From the NCBI GenBank assembly GCA_000182565.2, contig KQ257457.1: a stretch of 64,000 nucleotides of DNA; one strand, given 5' to 3'. A program made the position numbers and the translations under genes. Within the stretch, counting starts at the first letter, position 1. Each line of letters begins with the position of its first letter. The stretch comes from Spizellomyces punctatus DAOM BR117. Lineage: Eukaryota. The notes beneath the pieces are model-generated. The model saw only the letters and a program-made list of their open reading frames with translations, searched no databases and had not been told where the DNA came from. Positions 25,947 through 38,671 of this stretch are shown here, in pieces.

Positions 25947-27233
25947 TTATCCTTCTTGTACATCCAGTCCACCTTCTTTCCCTTCTTGTCGCAGAGAGGA
26001 AGTATGAGCTGGAGATGCTGAGCTGCTCTCGACATCGGGGTTTGTCTCAGTCCGTTGTGACGGTTGGAAAATATCTTCCTGTTTGCCCTGCGCATCTTGC
26101 GTAGATCCGGCATCTGGCGCATCTTGCTGCCCTTGCGATAGCCGGGAGTTATCACCTACAAGTTTTAAGCCCCTCTCGTTATCAATGAGGTCCTCATTCT
26201 GTTCGGCGACTTGAGCAACCTCTTCTGTCGTTGTAGACAATAGGGTCTTCGAATGATTCGATTCCACATTTGAATCCGATACGAACTCTGATGAATGGCT
26301 CGGCTTGTGCCTCTTGTTCTGCAAATCATCGGGCGGAAAATAGCGATCCATGAGTTCCAAGTAGGATTGGACATCAACGGACATGAAAAGACAGAACACT
26401 ATCTTGTCGACCTGGAGATCACAAATGAACAGTTAAAAGATGACAAGCGTCTAGAAATTTGCCAAACAGATCACTACTTTTTCAGCATTGCTGTCTGTTT
26501 CAAGCCATCTTCGGACGGTACCGAGCGCAACTTTGGCGGCTGGACGGTTTGGGTATCCATATATTCCAGTTGATATGCAAGGGAAGACAATAGTTCTCAA
26601 GCCATTCTCCACCAGAACCTCCAAGCATCTCTTATAGCAGCTTGCTAGAGCGGCACTATTTTCGCCGATTGGACCAACTGTGTGGATAACATGTCGTGCT
26701 GGGAGATCGTAACCGGCAGTAATTTTCGCGTCTCCAGTCTTGCATCCGCCGAGTGTTCGGCACTCGCGGAGGAGCCCTCGCCCTGCTGCACGGTGAATTG
26801 CTCCGTCCACTGCAGGCAAAGTTACACGGCATGCTTAATTAAACTCGACCGGACAGTTTTTACCTCCTCCACCTCCCAGCAATGATTTGTTTGCTGCATT
26901 TACAATCGCATCAACTTCGATCGTCGTAATGTCTCCCTTCCTTTGGGCGAGGGGCACATCGTCAGCCGTTTGATTCTCCGCGGGACATACAACGCCACCA
27001 TTACTCGGTCTCGTTTACCATAATAAAATCTTGTCCTTTAAGCGAGCATCAGCCGCATATTCGCCCTCTGCACGCTTGGACCGTTTCTCGCCCACCTTTA
27101 AATCCCCCGGGCGGAGCCTCGAGCAAGCGTCGTTGTGAGTGAAGGTCGTCATTCTGCGTGAAGAACGACAACACGAGGGAGAAGCGACGCGGTGGATCAA
27201 AGAAAAAGACTGGCGACAGATGTTGGGTAGCAT
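25947..27233 (-). CDS. Macrodomain protein (MacroD/O-acetyl-ADP-ribose deacetylase type)
   Basis: [53 protein letters not shown]. Confidence 0.9.
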
Positions 27234-27677
27234 GAAGGTTCAAGTGCAGAGACTCGTATCATCATCACGTAATATATAGTATGACTGTGCCACACCATGC
27301 TTCCATGACAACCATACTGCCACACGAATTTATCATCTGCAATTTATCATCTGACCCATTATCGGTGCGTGTGACCCGAACCCAGGATAGGGCACAAGTG
27401 GGCGCTTTGCTGAGAAAGAGACCTCCAACCATTTTTTGTAACAAGCTAATCTGGTCATCATTGGTGATTACTTTGACTACCCTACGGCACTGCCTGGCCT
27501 TTACAGATGACAACGATTGTCAGCCTAAAATTGGACACCTTACATATTTTTGACGGGGGAGCTGAGCCGGCCGCGAACTGCAGGGGGCGGGGCGGAAGGG
27601 TCGCTGATGACATGCGTCAAGTTGGGACGCTGTGCAATTTTGACAACTATGGATTATCAGACACCAGCACTCTGGCA

Positions 27678-29762
27678 ATGGATAAAGCTCGTACTCTCGC
27701 TACGCTCCCGCCGGAGCTCCTGACCGAAGTGTTCCATTGCCTTGATACCAAGTCCCTCCGCGCTGTTGCTACCACATGTCGTGCTCTCAGAAGAACGGCG
27801 GTACCTGTCCTTTGGGCGAATCCCATTATCCCTTCCCAACCTCCCATAACTCTGGAACGACTTATACAACAATATGGGGTTCATATTCGGTCGCTTTCCT
27901 TTCCAGACCCGACGTATATCGACCTTGTTTCTGTAGCACCTTACCTATGCGGCCTCCTGAGGATTGATCTCGGCGGATGTGCGCCATTCACCGTCGGGGA
28001 TCAGCAAGTCATGAGTCTTATCGCATGTTGCCCGTTACTAGTTGCAATTGATTTGAGGGACTGTATCGATATAACCGATGCAACATTGTTTGCATTGGCA
28101 AAGCATCCCAATGTAAAGTTTTTGGAAGAGCTATCCCTTGCTCGCTGCTGCGAGGTTACGGATGCTGGAATTGCTGCCATCGTCAGGGCAGCCAACGGGT
28201 TGAAGACGCTCAATGTGACTTGCGTTCCCTGTCTTAGCGAAACTGCTCTCCACCATGTCGCGAAGGAGTGTAGCAATCTAAGAGTTTTGATCGCTCGGGA
28301 TTCCGACGCAGTCTCTGATGAAGTCTTGCTGGAGCTTGCTTCTGGATGCCCGAAACTGACGCAGCTAGATGTGGACGAATGTTTAGGTGTCACGGAGAAA
28401 GGGTTACTGCAATTCGCACAAGTTCGCCAGGACCGGCTCGACGAAGCTCAAAAGTTTGGTTTACCGGACGTTGCCGGATCACTCTCGCTGTTGAAGCTAA
28501 ACGGAACCGCAAGTGATGCGATCACGGATCATTCTCTCATTGCCCTACTCCCGCCAATCGACTCCAAGCGCGCTGGTACATCCATTTGCCGTCCACGGTT
28601 GGACACCCTCGAGCTGGCCTTCGCACGCCACATAACGGCCACGACCTTCACACATCTTGCAAAGAATTACGCACATCAACTTACCCGCCTGAACCTCAGT
28701 AACGCCACCATCAGTGACATGCTCTCCACTGCGTCGCGAACCTTGTCTGACTTTCTAAGCGTTCAACCCCATATCCGACATCTGAACCTTATGGGAGCAG
28801 TGGAATTGGTTGACGATGCGAGCTGTCAAGTGATAGGCCAGACGCTTACAGAACTTGAAACCCTGGATCTGTCAGAATGTCGTCAGCTCACGGATGAAGG
28901 GACGGTTACGATTGCGAGAGGGTGCACCAAGTTGATTGACGTGAACCTCAAAGGATGTACAGAACTGGGCGATGCCACTGTCCGTGCCTTCGTGGAAGAT
29001 GGCTCAGCAGCCCTTCGCGTCCTAAATGTGGGACTATGTAGCAGAGTGACAGATGAGTCTGTAGGGTCTCTAGCGTCACTATATACCAAACCCGGCGGAG
29101 GTTTACATACACTCAAACTATCCGGATGCTTTAACCTGACCGATGCGGCTCTTGAACAATTCATCAACCTCGCACCTACTCCAAAATCCACACCACATCC
29201 TCTAATGCCCCTTTCCCTCCTCTGTCTTTCCGGCTGCTACCATATTACCGACAATTCTCTCGCCCGCCTAACGCCACACCTCCACTCCCTTGAAAGCATC
29301 AACTTCTATTCCTGCGAAGGTGTGACGGATGCGACGGTTAAAGTTATTGCTGAACATTGTCCGCGGCTTCAGTCTCTTGTTATGTCAAAGTGTCGAATCA
29401 CGGATGAGGGGTTCGAAGCTATCGGACAAAGATGCAGTCGACTGCATACGCTCTATGCGGGGTTTTTGAGTGGGGACGGGCCTAGTAATTCGGGTATAAG
29501 TAGTGTTCTTGGTGGGTGCAAGGAATTGAAACTTTTGGATATCAGTCGATGCGAGAAGATATCTGATTTGGCGTTTGGCGGAGACGGGATGTTACAAGTC
29601 CAAGTTTTGATGGTGCGATGTTGTCCCAGAGTTACATTCACAGGCTTGGCGGGATTCGTGGAGCGATGTCCGCGGTTGCAGAAGGTTGATATTACTGGGT
29701 GCTGTGGTATTTCGGTGGAGGAAAAGAACCAGTTGAAGGAGCTGGTGGATGGGAGGTGGTAA
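27678..29762 (+). CDS. F-box / cysteine-containing LRR protein
   Basis: LATLPPELLTEVFHCLD F-box followed by many LxLxxCxxITD repeats; intronless; ORF is open from 27507. Confidence 0.9.
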   Translation: MDKARTLATLPPELLTEVFHCLDTKSLRAVATTCRALRRTAVPVLWANPIIPSQPPITLERLIQQYGVHIRSLSFPDPTYIDLVSVAPYLCGLLRIDLGGCAPFTVGDQQVMSLIACCPLLVAIDLRDCIDITDATLFALAKHPNVKFLEELSLARCCEVTDAGIAAIVRAANGLKTLNVTCVPCLSETALHHVAKECSNLRVLIARDSDAVSDEVLLELASGCPKLTQLDVDECLGVTEKGLLQFAQVRQDRLDEAQKFGLPDVAGSLSLLKLNGTASDAITDHSLIALLPPIDSKRAGTSICRPRLDTLELAFARHITATTFTHLAKNYAHQLTRLNLSNATISDMLSTASRTLSDFLSVQPHIRHLNLMGAVELVDDASCQVIGQTLTELETLDLSECRQLTDEGTVTIARGCTKLIDVNLKGCTELGDATVRAFVEDGSAALRVLNVGLCSRVTDESVGSLASLYTKPGGGLHTLKLSGCFNLTDAALEQFINLAPTPKSTPHPLMPLSLLCLSGCYHITDNSLARLTPHLHSLESINFYSCEGVTDATVKVIAEHCPRLQSLVMSKCRITDEGFEAIGQRCSRLHTLYAGFLSGDGPSNSGISSVLGGCKELKLLDISRCEKISDLAFGGDGMLQVQVLMVRCCPRVTFTGLAGFVERCPRLQKVDITGCCGISVEEKNQLKELVDGRW

Positions 29763-30171
29763 TGTACATATTTAAATATTTAGTTTACTTTTGTCGTGTT
29801 GGTTTTCTGTGTGAAATATATTGGCTTTGGTAATGTAACCCTGATCAAATTCCAATCTTGATGTGATTCCTTCTCTTTCAGATCACCGTTGGTATATATT
29901 CAAAATTACAGGAGGCAACCTGATACCACCTACACACTTATAATAAAGGACATTAAGTGTTCATGAGACACCCCCGCTCCAACCGTTCAAACCACCACTT
30001 TCCACAATCCCCATGTTCAAATCCTCTACCCAAAGGGCTACTTCCATGCAGTCCTTTCCTGTAAAAAGCTGCGGATTCTGCGAGACGAGGACTTTTGTCC
30101 TCGCTGCGAGTTTGAAGATGTCCATTGGAGAGACTTGGAGAGTATAATTGATGCCCTTTAGAAACTGCTCA

Positions 30172-30507
30172 TCACCATTTGCAATGAGATCTCAGAATAT
30201 CAAAAGAAACAAATTGCTGCAAAACGCCAATTACCTCCCGCTCCATCTCTCTTGCCACCCTTCCTCGTCCGCACATCATCTCACCATCCGCTTCAGCTCC
30301 GTAGACTTTCCACGCCAGCACAAAAGCGGTCTTGAACAACCTCACCTCCACGCCCTCCTCGCCACTTGCCTCCGGAAATACCTCGCGGAGACGTGAAATG
30401 TATGTCGCTGCTATCAGGACGAGGGGGAAGCGAGCAGGATAGGGTGCAAGTTTGAGAAGGTTGTCAAGGAAAGTCGTGTAACAGGTAAAATGGCATTCAG
30501 GCGGCAT
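30172..30507 (-). CDS. Small divergent cyclin-box-like protein (Pcl-like); 3' end uncertain
   Basis: LIAATYISRL...RLFKTAFVLAWK...MEREVIGVL resembles cyclin N-terminal helices. Confidence 0.45.
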   Translation of the reverse strand: MPPECHFTCYTTFLDNLLKLAPYPARFPLVLIAATYISRLREVFPEASGEEGVEVRLFKTAFVLAWKVYGAEADGEMMCGRGRVAREMEREVIGVLQQFVSFDILRSHCKW

Positions 30508-31003
30508 TGGAATGCCCCATGTTTTGTAGGTGAGGAGGGCAGCAAGGGTGGGGAGCGGCTGATGGAGAGCGTGTTAGGCAAAGAGTGAGGCAAAAAGAAG
30601 GAGCGACTGAGACAACCTTAGCGCTTGTTAGTGACGGCCGGTAGTTGAAGCGTTTTAAAGGAGGAAGATTGTGAGACTGTCCAGTAACTTCCCGCTCGGT
30701 CGAGGTAGAAAAATGCATTATATTGGCGAGTTATATGTACTATTTTAAAGGAAAACCAAAAATGAACGAAAATAGCTGGTTCAAGAGATCATGTCAGTGT
30801 CATGTCCGAATGGAAAAGGGTCTTTTTGCATCTTCAAGAAAACGACATGCTAAGCGTTTCGTCGAGGTGGCTATGCAATTCATATGTATTACATCATCCA
30901 TTTGCCAAAATCTTTAGTGTGGAGGTGATTGAAAATGGCACTAGAACTCATTATTATCCGGATTAATCCGGTTAGTCATATCGCACCCCCTCTATCGCCC
31001 AAA

Positions 31004-31085
31004 GCGGTGAGGCATGCAGCGGTGTGGCATGCTAAATGTTTTTTTTTTTAAACTGCGGTGAGGCGCATGCGGAAGGTCTATAAAA
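31004..31085 (+). promoter_or_regulatory. Triplicated GCGGTG(A/T)GG(CG)CATGC-like motif followed by TATAAAA
   Basis: Copies at 31004-31017, 31019-31032 and 31055-31070; TATAAAA at 31079-31085; pyrimidine-rich tract downstream. Confidence 0.5.
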
Positions 31086-32994
31086 GGGGGGCCTTTTGCT
31101 GTCTCTTCCCTCTTGTTCGTTATCCCTCGACTCGCAAGCATCTGCCCAACAAGTCTCAGTCCATCATGAGAATACTGCTCTGGTGCCGAGGACCTCGCCC
31201 TCCCGACAAAAACAACATAACCCCTTGCAAACGCTGCTACTACTATACTGCAACGATCGCAGGTATGCATTATCTTTGTATTTTCCTATGCGTATTCCGA
31301 GTCTAATTCTGGTTTAATTAGTATCTGAACATCCTCCGACTAAGAATTTAGGAATCAAGGGCTTAGTAGGATTTCTCTCGTGTGGTGGGCTTAGTTACCC
31401 GGTTAGAACAACCGTGACGTTATCGCATGTGTAATTGGGCCTAGTGGTAGTTAGCTTTTCACGTACCCCAGTTCAACCCAGGCTGGAACCTGTAGCGAGT
31501 TAGGATAGGGGTGGGACTCGTTTGCAGGATAGGTTATGAAGGGTTGGACAGGCTGGCTAATTGTAAATTAGAACCGGCTGTAGTGGATTGGAGGGAGAAT
31601 TTGTCCCTAGTGACATTTTCTACCACCTGCACACTATCATGGCCCCCTGAATCACTGCAATCCTTTCAAAAGCATGTTTGCAATAAAAAATAGAAGTAGT
31701 CTCAATAGCGCTTTGGAATTGAAGGGTTTTTGGAGTGTCGACCGCCCTTTCCATGTCCCGCTATACGATGCCTTGAGAGCGAAGAGGGAAGGTAAGGACG
31801 AATATTATCATCTGCTATTTCTCAAAACTGAGACGGTATGTTTAATTTCTTGAAGAACGTGCATATGCAAAGGCATGCAGACATGGCAAAGTGTGTGATT
31901 GATTACGTGAACATAATGTAGTCTTTGTCAGAACATGCCAATCTTCATTGCTTTCACCATGCATTCCCCATATATCTGCTTCATTACGAAAGACCTTGCA
32001 CGCACCCATCGCACAACCGTCGTAAATCGAGCCAGGGCAGCGAGAACGGCATGAAAGTGCCAAAGACCAGGTTAGTGTACTCTAGGTCATTCGCAAGTTG
32101 TTGCGAAAGGAGGTGATGGCGGCCGCCGTAGGTTTGCGTGGAGGTTCTTTTGCAGCCTTCATATTCTCTCCCGTCTTTCCCATAGAACCCCATCGAAAGG
32201 ACCATTCATATGCCAGTCATATGGCATACGGTATGAGAGTAGGAGTACAGACAGTGAGCCAGTATTTGAGATGTTTTGCGTCCTCTGAAGGCATGTCACA
32301 GGGAGTTGTTTGGTCTTCTGTAGTTTTGTGTTCAATCGTCCACTGCAAATATGCAGAGGGTAACAAACAGCAAATGCAATATCCATTCATCCTTCAAGCC
32401 TAAATGTCCCATTTGCACTTGATGGAATCTTTCAATGCTTGTTTTACCAGGGCAATGGACGCGCTGTCGCAAAGTTTCATGGCCGCCAGTCGTTGAATAC
32501 AACATGCTTCTCTGACCACAACCCCTCGCAAGATGACGGAAACTCACACAAGCTTCTAGCAAACACCAACAGGCTTGCACAACTTGCAACAACGTGCATC
32601 TTCATTGTTCAACGCGGGTTGCACTTGTGGTGAAGGTACACACAATTGGGAATTCCCTAGTGCCACAGCTGCTGTCCAACCAGACTCTACCATTTATCCG
32701 ACGACAGCTTCGACAGTTCTTCCTCTGATACATGCCTGTGTGAGTAACTCGCATTCCGCTTGCTGTCCTTCTTCCATCGGGCTGCAACGAATGACCTTTG
32801 CGGCGTTTGTGCATCCGTCAAGGTCCCCCTTCTGACGCGTCTGGTGCTTTAGGATAGACGAACAGTTGTAGTAAGTTGGGAATATGCTGTAGATAGAGAT
32901 AGATGTTTTAAGGCTTTTTTTTTACCAATGTGAGACTCGGACTTTTAACGCATTTGCTGCCCTCAATCAGATAGATAGATTTGCATTTCCAAAT

Positions 32995-35900
32995 ATGCTC
33001 GCTACTACACCTATTCCCACGCCCATCAAAGAGCCTTCGATATACGAAATTGAAAAGCCTTTTACCTCCAAACCATTCCATGTCGCTCCTCCTCTCCCTC
33101 CACCACAAGAAAATCTAGATGTTCGATCGTACAAGCACCTCCAATCCTTGATCAGACAGGCATTGAAGGAGGTTTATGTGGACGTGGATACATGGGAGAA
33201 AGTACTGACGGAAGTTGCGTTAGAAATTGCTCAGGATGTGCCGTTTGCCCTTGAGATCATTGGTCGACCGTCGTCAAACGGAATGGCTGATGATGGCAGC
33301 ACCAGTCTTCATCATGTCATCAAAGTGACGACCGAACCGTTTGGCATGCCGCAGGAGTCGCGCTACGTTCCTGGTCCCGCTGAGGGAGAGATCCCTCCTG
33401 AAGTGGTGGCCATAGAACCAAATATTTTGGAGCTTGGAGGAACTGTCGTACTCAAAGGCACGGCCAAAGATCTCCCCAAAATCGAGAAAGTAATGGAACT
33501 TGTCGTCTTTGTCGTTTGTAACCTAAAGTTAGAGATGTACTTGTTTCGCGATCATTTTGCTGTTAGACCTGATTCCGCTGAAGCGAATGCAGTGCATCGC
33601 TCGCCACCACCTCCGAGGCGAGTAGGGAGATCCTTATGGAACTGGATACGTGGAGAGAATAGAAGTGGACACGGAAGCAATCCGCGGTCAGCTTCCCCAG
33701 AGGGTGTCGTGGATGGAAGTAATCGGTTCGATAGGGCGATCAGACAAATCGAAAAGACGATTATCAGTGCATCACCGGACGTGATTTTTCCTCCACCGCA
33801 TCTGCTCCTCCGATTACGAGATGAGGAGGTCAACTTGTATCCCGTAAGAATGCTGGATCAAGACGGTCGACGGATATCGTACGGTCCCGATGACGTGGAC
33901 TTTCCTTCTGGAAGCGGATCAGGCAAATTTAATAGCTGGGGTTCCAACTCACCCGGGCGACGCTATTCGAGTGCGTCGACCAAGTCCACAAGCAGTAGAA
34001 CCTCCCATATCTCCGTGGACTCAAAGGCGGGTCTGGGATATCTGATGACCAACAACAATAGCATAAGTGGCGTGATGAGGCATCAGAGTGTCACTTTCGC
34101 TTATTCCTACTACTTTTCCGGTTCCAATATTCCTTGCCGTCCTCCAGAAATCCTGACAATCGAATACTATCAGAAATTGGGGCAACACTTTCAAGATAGA
34201 TCTTTAGGACAGTTTGTGGAACTTCTATGTAACAAGGCAAAAGGACTTTGTCCGGATGCCATGTGCGGAAAGCCGATGGGTCAACATGTTATCACCTATA
34301 CTCACAATCATGGACGTATTAGCGTAAGCGTTCGAGAGGCTCCTCAGCGACTGGGCTCGCCGCCCGAACCGGATCAAATTTACATGTGGACTGGGTGTCG
34401 GGAGTGCGAATCAACCACTGATATAGTTCCAATGTCCACGGGTACTTGGCATTACTCATTTGCGAAATATCTGGAACTCTTATACTACAACCCGTACTTT
34501 GTGTGTGGAACCGTATGTTCTCATATCCACACCAGAGAGAACGTTCGGCGATTTTTCCGGCTGCGGAACGAAATTGTCGTGTTCGAGTACGATTACATCG
34601 ATTTGTTTGAGATGAGGGTTCCAAAGATCCAAGTCAGTCCGGACTACTATTTTGATGAAGCTTCCGATGATGCGCACTATGGTGCTGATGATGATTTGGA
34701 GCCGTTCGGAGTTGATGGACATGCGATCTTAGAGCAAACTCGGGGCGAAATCACCACTTTCTATAATTCTGTCAAGGAATACATGCAGGGGTTGGCATTT
34801 GCGACAGGTTCTGCTTTAGTGGCCCAGAATGAGGGATCAGCTGAGCAAGTTCAGTGCCAGATCATGTTGGATGAATTGGGAAAGAAGTTTGAGCAGGATG
34901 AGCAACAGCTGCGGGAGGAGTTGAAAGCGAAAAAAGTAGCAGAAGTGAATAATGTGAGACGGGAGTTGTTGGCCAAGATGAAGGAGACAGTGAAGACACT
35001 TGTAGAATGGCAGAAACTGCATGCGCCTGGCCACAAGGAGCAACCAGAATGGTCATTGCCAGATTATTGCAGGTAAATGCAGTGGTCCGCCGCTGCCAGT
35101 CTGGCGCGGTTTCGGTCTAAAGGTGGCTTTCACGCGCGGGTGTCTCATGAAATCTTTTTCCATAGCATCCCTGGTCACAAGCCCAAGACAGGTCATGTCT
35201 ATCCCAACTCTTTTGTCATTGTTCGGGAGGACGAACCCACATCGATCATCGCTTTCACTCTTAGGTAAGTTCTTCTCATCGACCCACTACCGTTGTATTA
35301 TACTAACTGGCTGATCCCCATTAAAGTTCCAAAGACTATATTCAACATATTCGTAACCAACGACAGTACCCATTCGGCGTGGACCCTGAAAGCCCTCCAC
35401 CCATCCCACAATGGGAAAATGTCGGGGGTGATTGCGAGGTCAAAATGAAAGTTTTTTCCCATGAACAGACGCCGGGTGGTCCAAAGCAGCACATCAAATA
35501 CAGTAAGTAGTTGATCGCAGCAAGCGTACGTAGTCTTCCTCCATTAATGGTTGTACCACTTAAGAATTCAGGCAAGGAAAGCATAATTTTTCTTGTACGG
35601 TGTACTATGCCGCGCAGTTTGATGGGCTGAGACGAAAGTGCGGCATGAGCGCCATGTATGTACGGTCTTTGATGCGGTGTTCTGAATGGAATGCGTCAGG
35701 AGGAAAATCTCGAGCTGGCTTCTTCAAAACATGCGGTACGTGTCTATCTCTCTGTTTTTACATTGCGCGTTATTGCCGCAGCACATTTAACGTTAGGTGT
35801 CTGGTGTAGATGATCAGCTCGTCGTGAAGCAGTTGGCGTCCAAGTGGTCCAACCAGGAAAAGGCCGCGTTGATGAAGTTTGCGCCAGCGTATTTTGAGTA

Positions 35901-36806
35901 TATGAATAATTCCGACAAGGTTGAGTGACGTTCTGACATTAGATGTAAGTTTGATTATCTCACCTTTGAAAAATATTTTTTCTTTAGAACCCCACCATTC
36001 TCGTCAAGATATTTGGGTTTTACACACTCAAACACAAGAATCTACAGACGGGCACTGTAAAAAAGTTGGATGTGTTGGTTATGGAGCACCTGTTTGCAAA
36101 CGTCAACATTTCGCGCGTAAGCATTGGCTATTTTTTCCTGCAAGTGCATAAAGGTTGTCACTCATCCACCCGTTCTGGCGGAAACAGAAATTTGATCTTA
36201 AAGGCGTTCCGGATCGGCACATCGTCAGTAAAAAGGACGGTGAAAACGATGTGATGTGGGATGGTGACTGGGTCGATGGTGAGAACCCGGCCTGAACCTT
36301 TCATAGTCATTGAACATTTCGAATGTAATCATTCCATGTTAGGGCGTTACAAGCAACTTCTCCGACTCCATGCCCACTCCAAAAAGATAATCGCCGAATC
36401 TGTCTGGAATGACACCCAATTCCTTAGCGACGCCAACGTAATGGACTACTCGCTCCTCGTGGGCGTCAATGACGATAAAAAAGAACTCGTCGTGGGCATT
36501 GTTGACTTCATTGGTCCCTACACATGGTATAAGATCTTGGAAACGAGAGCCAAGACGACGCTCAATGCAGCGTTGAAGGGTGGCAAGGATGTGACAGTGC
36601 TTCCTCCGGACCAGTATAGAGACCGGTTTAGGAAGGCGATGGAGCAGAACTTTTTGATGGTTCCAGGTGAGCTCTTGACTGTGATAGAAGCGGGCTTCTC
36701 ATAAAAATGCCCCGGACTGAATGAGGTGCTTTATCTAGACAAATGGATTAAGATACCTGGACTAGAACAAGGTATCTCGAGTAAAAAGCTTCCATCCGTA
36801 TTGTGA
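32995..36806 (+). CDS. FAB1/PIKfyve-like phosphatidylinositol-3-phosphate 5-kinase lacking a FYVE domain
   Basis: Cys-rich region (HQSVTF...CRPP...YTHNHGRI...CRECES...YSFAKYLEL), VREDEPTSIIAFTL, ASGGKS, FDLKG, MDYSLLVG, GIVDFI, PPDQYRDRF. Confidence 0.85.
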
Positions 36807-37149
36807 TGTGGTCCGCGTCGAAGGTGAACGTATATAGCTGGCTGTTAATGTTGTTTAAGGTTATTTCCTATTTCTTCGTTTGATACCTGGAGGCGAATGA
36901 GGTTCTTTTCGCCCATCCTTCTTTAGTTTAGCTACAGTATGATTAGTGAATACGTAGAGGTGACTGCGGGCCTTCTTGTCTATATGGTATATTTAGGGTT
37001 GTGATACAACCAATAATACTACAATCGCGAAGCGACAAACAATAATGTGATGGGTAATCTATAGTGTATATTCTATCCCTCCCAAAAATGTAATAAATAA
37101 ACATCCAAGCCATTGGTTTCGAGGGAGTCCATCACCGTCGTAAAGGATA

Positions 37150-38253
37150 TTAGCGCCCAACCGGATCTGGCGAGTGTCGCCCCGTGCAATGACCCATCCT
37201 GATCTCAGCACCAGCTTCGATTTCAGGCAGCTTTCCCTGTTCATCGTGTGCAGCAGCCGTCAGAAGGAATTGCATATCGATGGTTGGTATATTGGAGTCA
37301 ATAAGATGTTCAAAGCATTTGACTGCGCCGTTCATGCCCAGTTGCTTGGCGGACACGCTTGTGAAAAAAGGTGCGAATCCAAATTGGAGCAAATGTTCTA
37401 GTATGCTCGCATCGTCTTTGCGCGCAATCTCTGTCAGGATCCTGTCGGCATGTTGCTCAACACTGAACCCGCCACTCAAAAGGAGAAGCATCATGTCCGT
37501 GTCGCCACGCCACAGGGCCTCTTCGAACGCAGTAGATATCTTCTTGTCTGCCAACGGTCCATACAACGCCTTTTCTTGAGCTGTCACAATCTTCTTATGC
37601 TCCATTTTGCGGTTGTACTTGAGGTTCGGGTTTGCGCCAGCTTGGAGCAGGATAGCGACCAATTCGAGATTACCTCGCGCAGCCGCTTCTGAGAGCGGTG
37701 TCGCACCCCAATATGTCGTGAAGGCCGTCTTTTCAGACACTTTCCAATAGGAGCAATCCGCATCCCAGTCTTCAAACCCACGAGGAAACGCACGGTCGTC
37801 GAGGGACCAATCTCGACAATCAACAAAGGCACCAGCATCCAAAAGCATGCGAACGGCTTGCCTGGCCTTCTTCCATCCACTGCCGGCTTTATCCGTACAA
37901 GCTGCATACCGTATCGCCCTCCAACCCCAGCATGCCTCCCCGTCACCGCTCGCCCGAGGCACACGTTTTAGGCCAACAGGGGCACCGAGACGGTCGAGGT
38001 GAATGACAAGTGATGCAAAAAAGGTCGGAGGACCAAAGCACTCCTTCAAGATGGCCTCATCTTCGCTCCTTGGTGCACGCACCAACTTCTCCGCCTGAAA
38101 CCGGGCAATATCGGATTCCGTGAAAAGGGCATACAAGCTTTTGCACGTCGTCCGGAATCGAGTAGTATCGGCTGTCGCGAGGTATTGAGGGATGCAAAGA
38201 AGGACCTCTGCGGGGAGAGAGTGAATGGGAGCGATGAAGTGGTCTTTTGCCAT
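37150..38253 (-). CDS. F-box-like / ankyrin-repeat protein (intronless; possible 3' frameshift)
   Basis: IHSLPAEVLLCIPQYL F-box-like start; GATPLSEAAARGNLELVAILLQAGANPN ankyrin repeat. Confidence 0.75.
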   Translation of the reverse strand: MAKDHFIAPIHSLPAEVLLCIPQYLATADTTRFRTTCKSLYALFTESDIARFQAEKLVRAPRSEDEAILKECFGPPTFFASLVIHLDRLGAPVGLKRVPRASGDGEACWGWRAIRYAACTDKAGSGWKKARQAVRMLLDAGAFVDCRDWSLDDRAFPRGFEDWDADCSYWKVSEKTAFTTYWGATPLSEAAARGNLELVAILLQAGANPNLKYNRKMEHKKIVTAQEKALYGPLADKKISTAFEEALWRGDTDMMLLLLSGGFSVEQHADRILTEIARKDDASILEHLLQFGFAPFFTSVSAKQLGMNGAVKCFEHLIDSNIPTIDMQFLLTAAAHDEQGKLPEIEAGAEIRMGHCTGRHSPDPVGR

Positions 38254-38671
38254 AATGTTTCTATTGTAAGATGACAGACGAAAGGGGGGAAATGCTCTAT
38301 CTAATCTATTTAAATGCAATGAACACCTCCTCTAAAAATAAATAAAAAAAAAAGTCGAGACAAAGAAACCCCTCCTGCCCTTCATCCAGTCTAGATTCTA
38401 AAAAAAAAAAAAAAGACGCCAAAAATAAAAAAAAGAAAGACACGCTCCGGGTCTCGTTACGTAATCATAGTGGGGAACGTGGTTGTACGACTTCACTTGT
38501 ACAGTCACGTTGGAGCGACAGTCATGCAAGCGGTTGTTTGAGTTATCGCCAAGATACTGGCCAGAGGTTGAGGTTAAAGCTAGATCGCGGCATGCAAATC
38601 TTTGGTGACGGTATGTACATGCAAAGTATTCCTTCCTATTGCCATCTTTGTGACTCGCACTCTCTGCAGCA

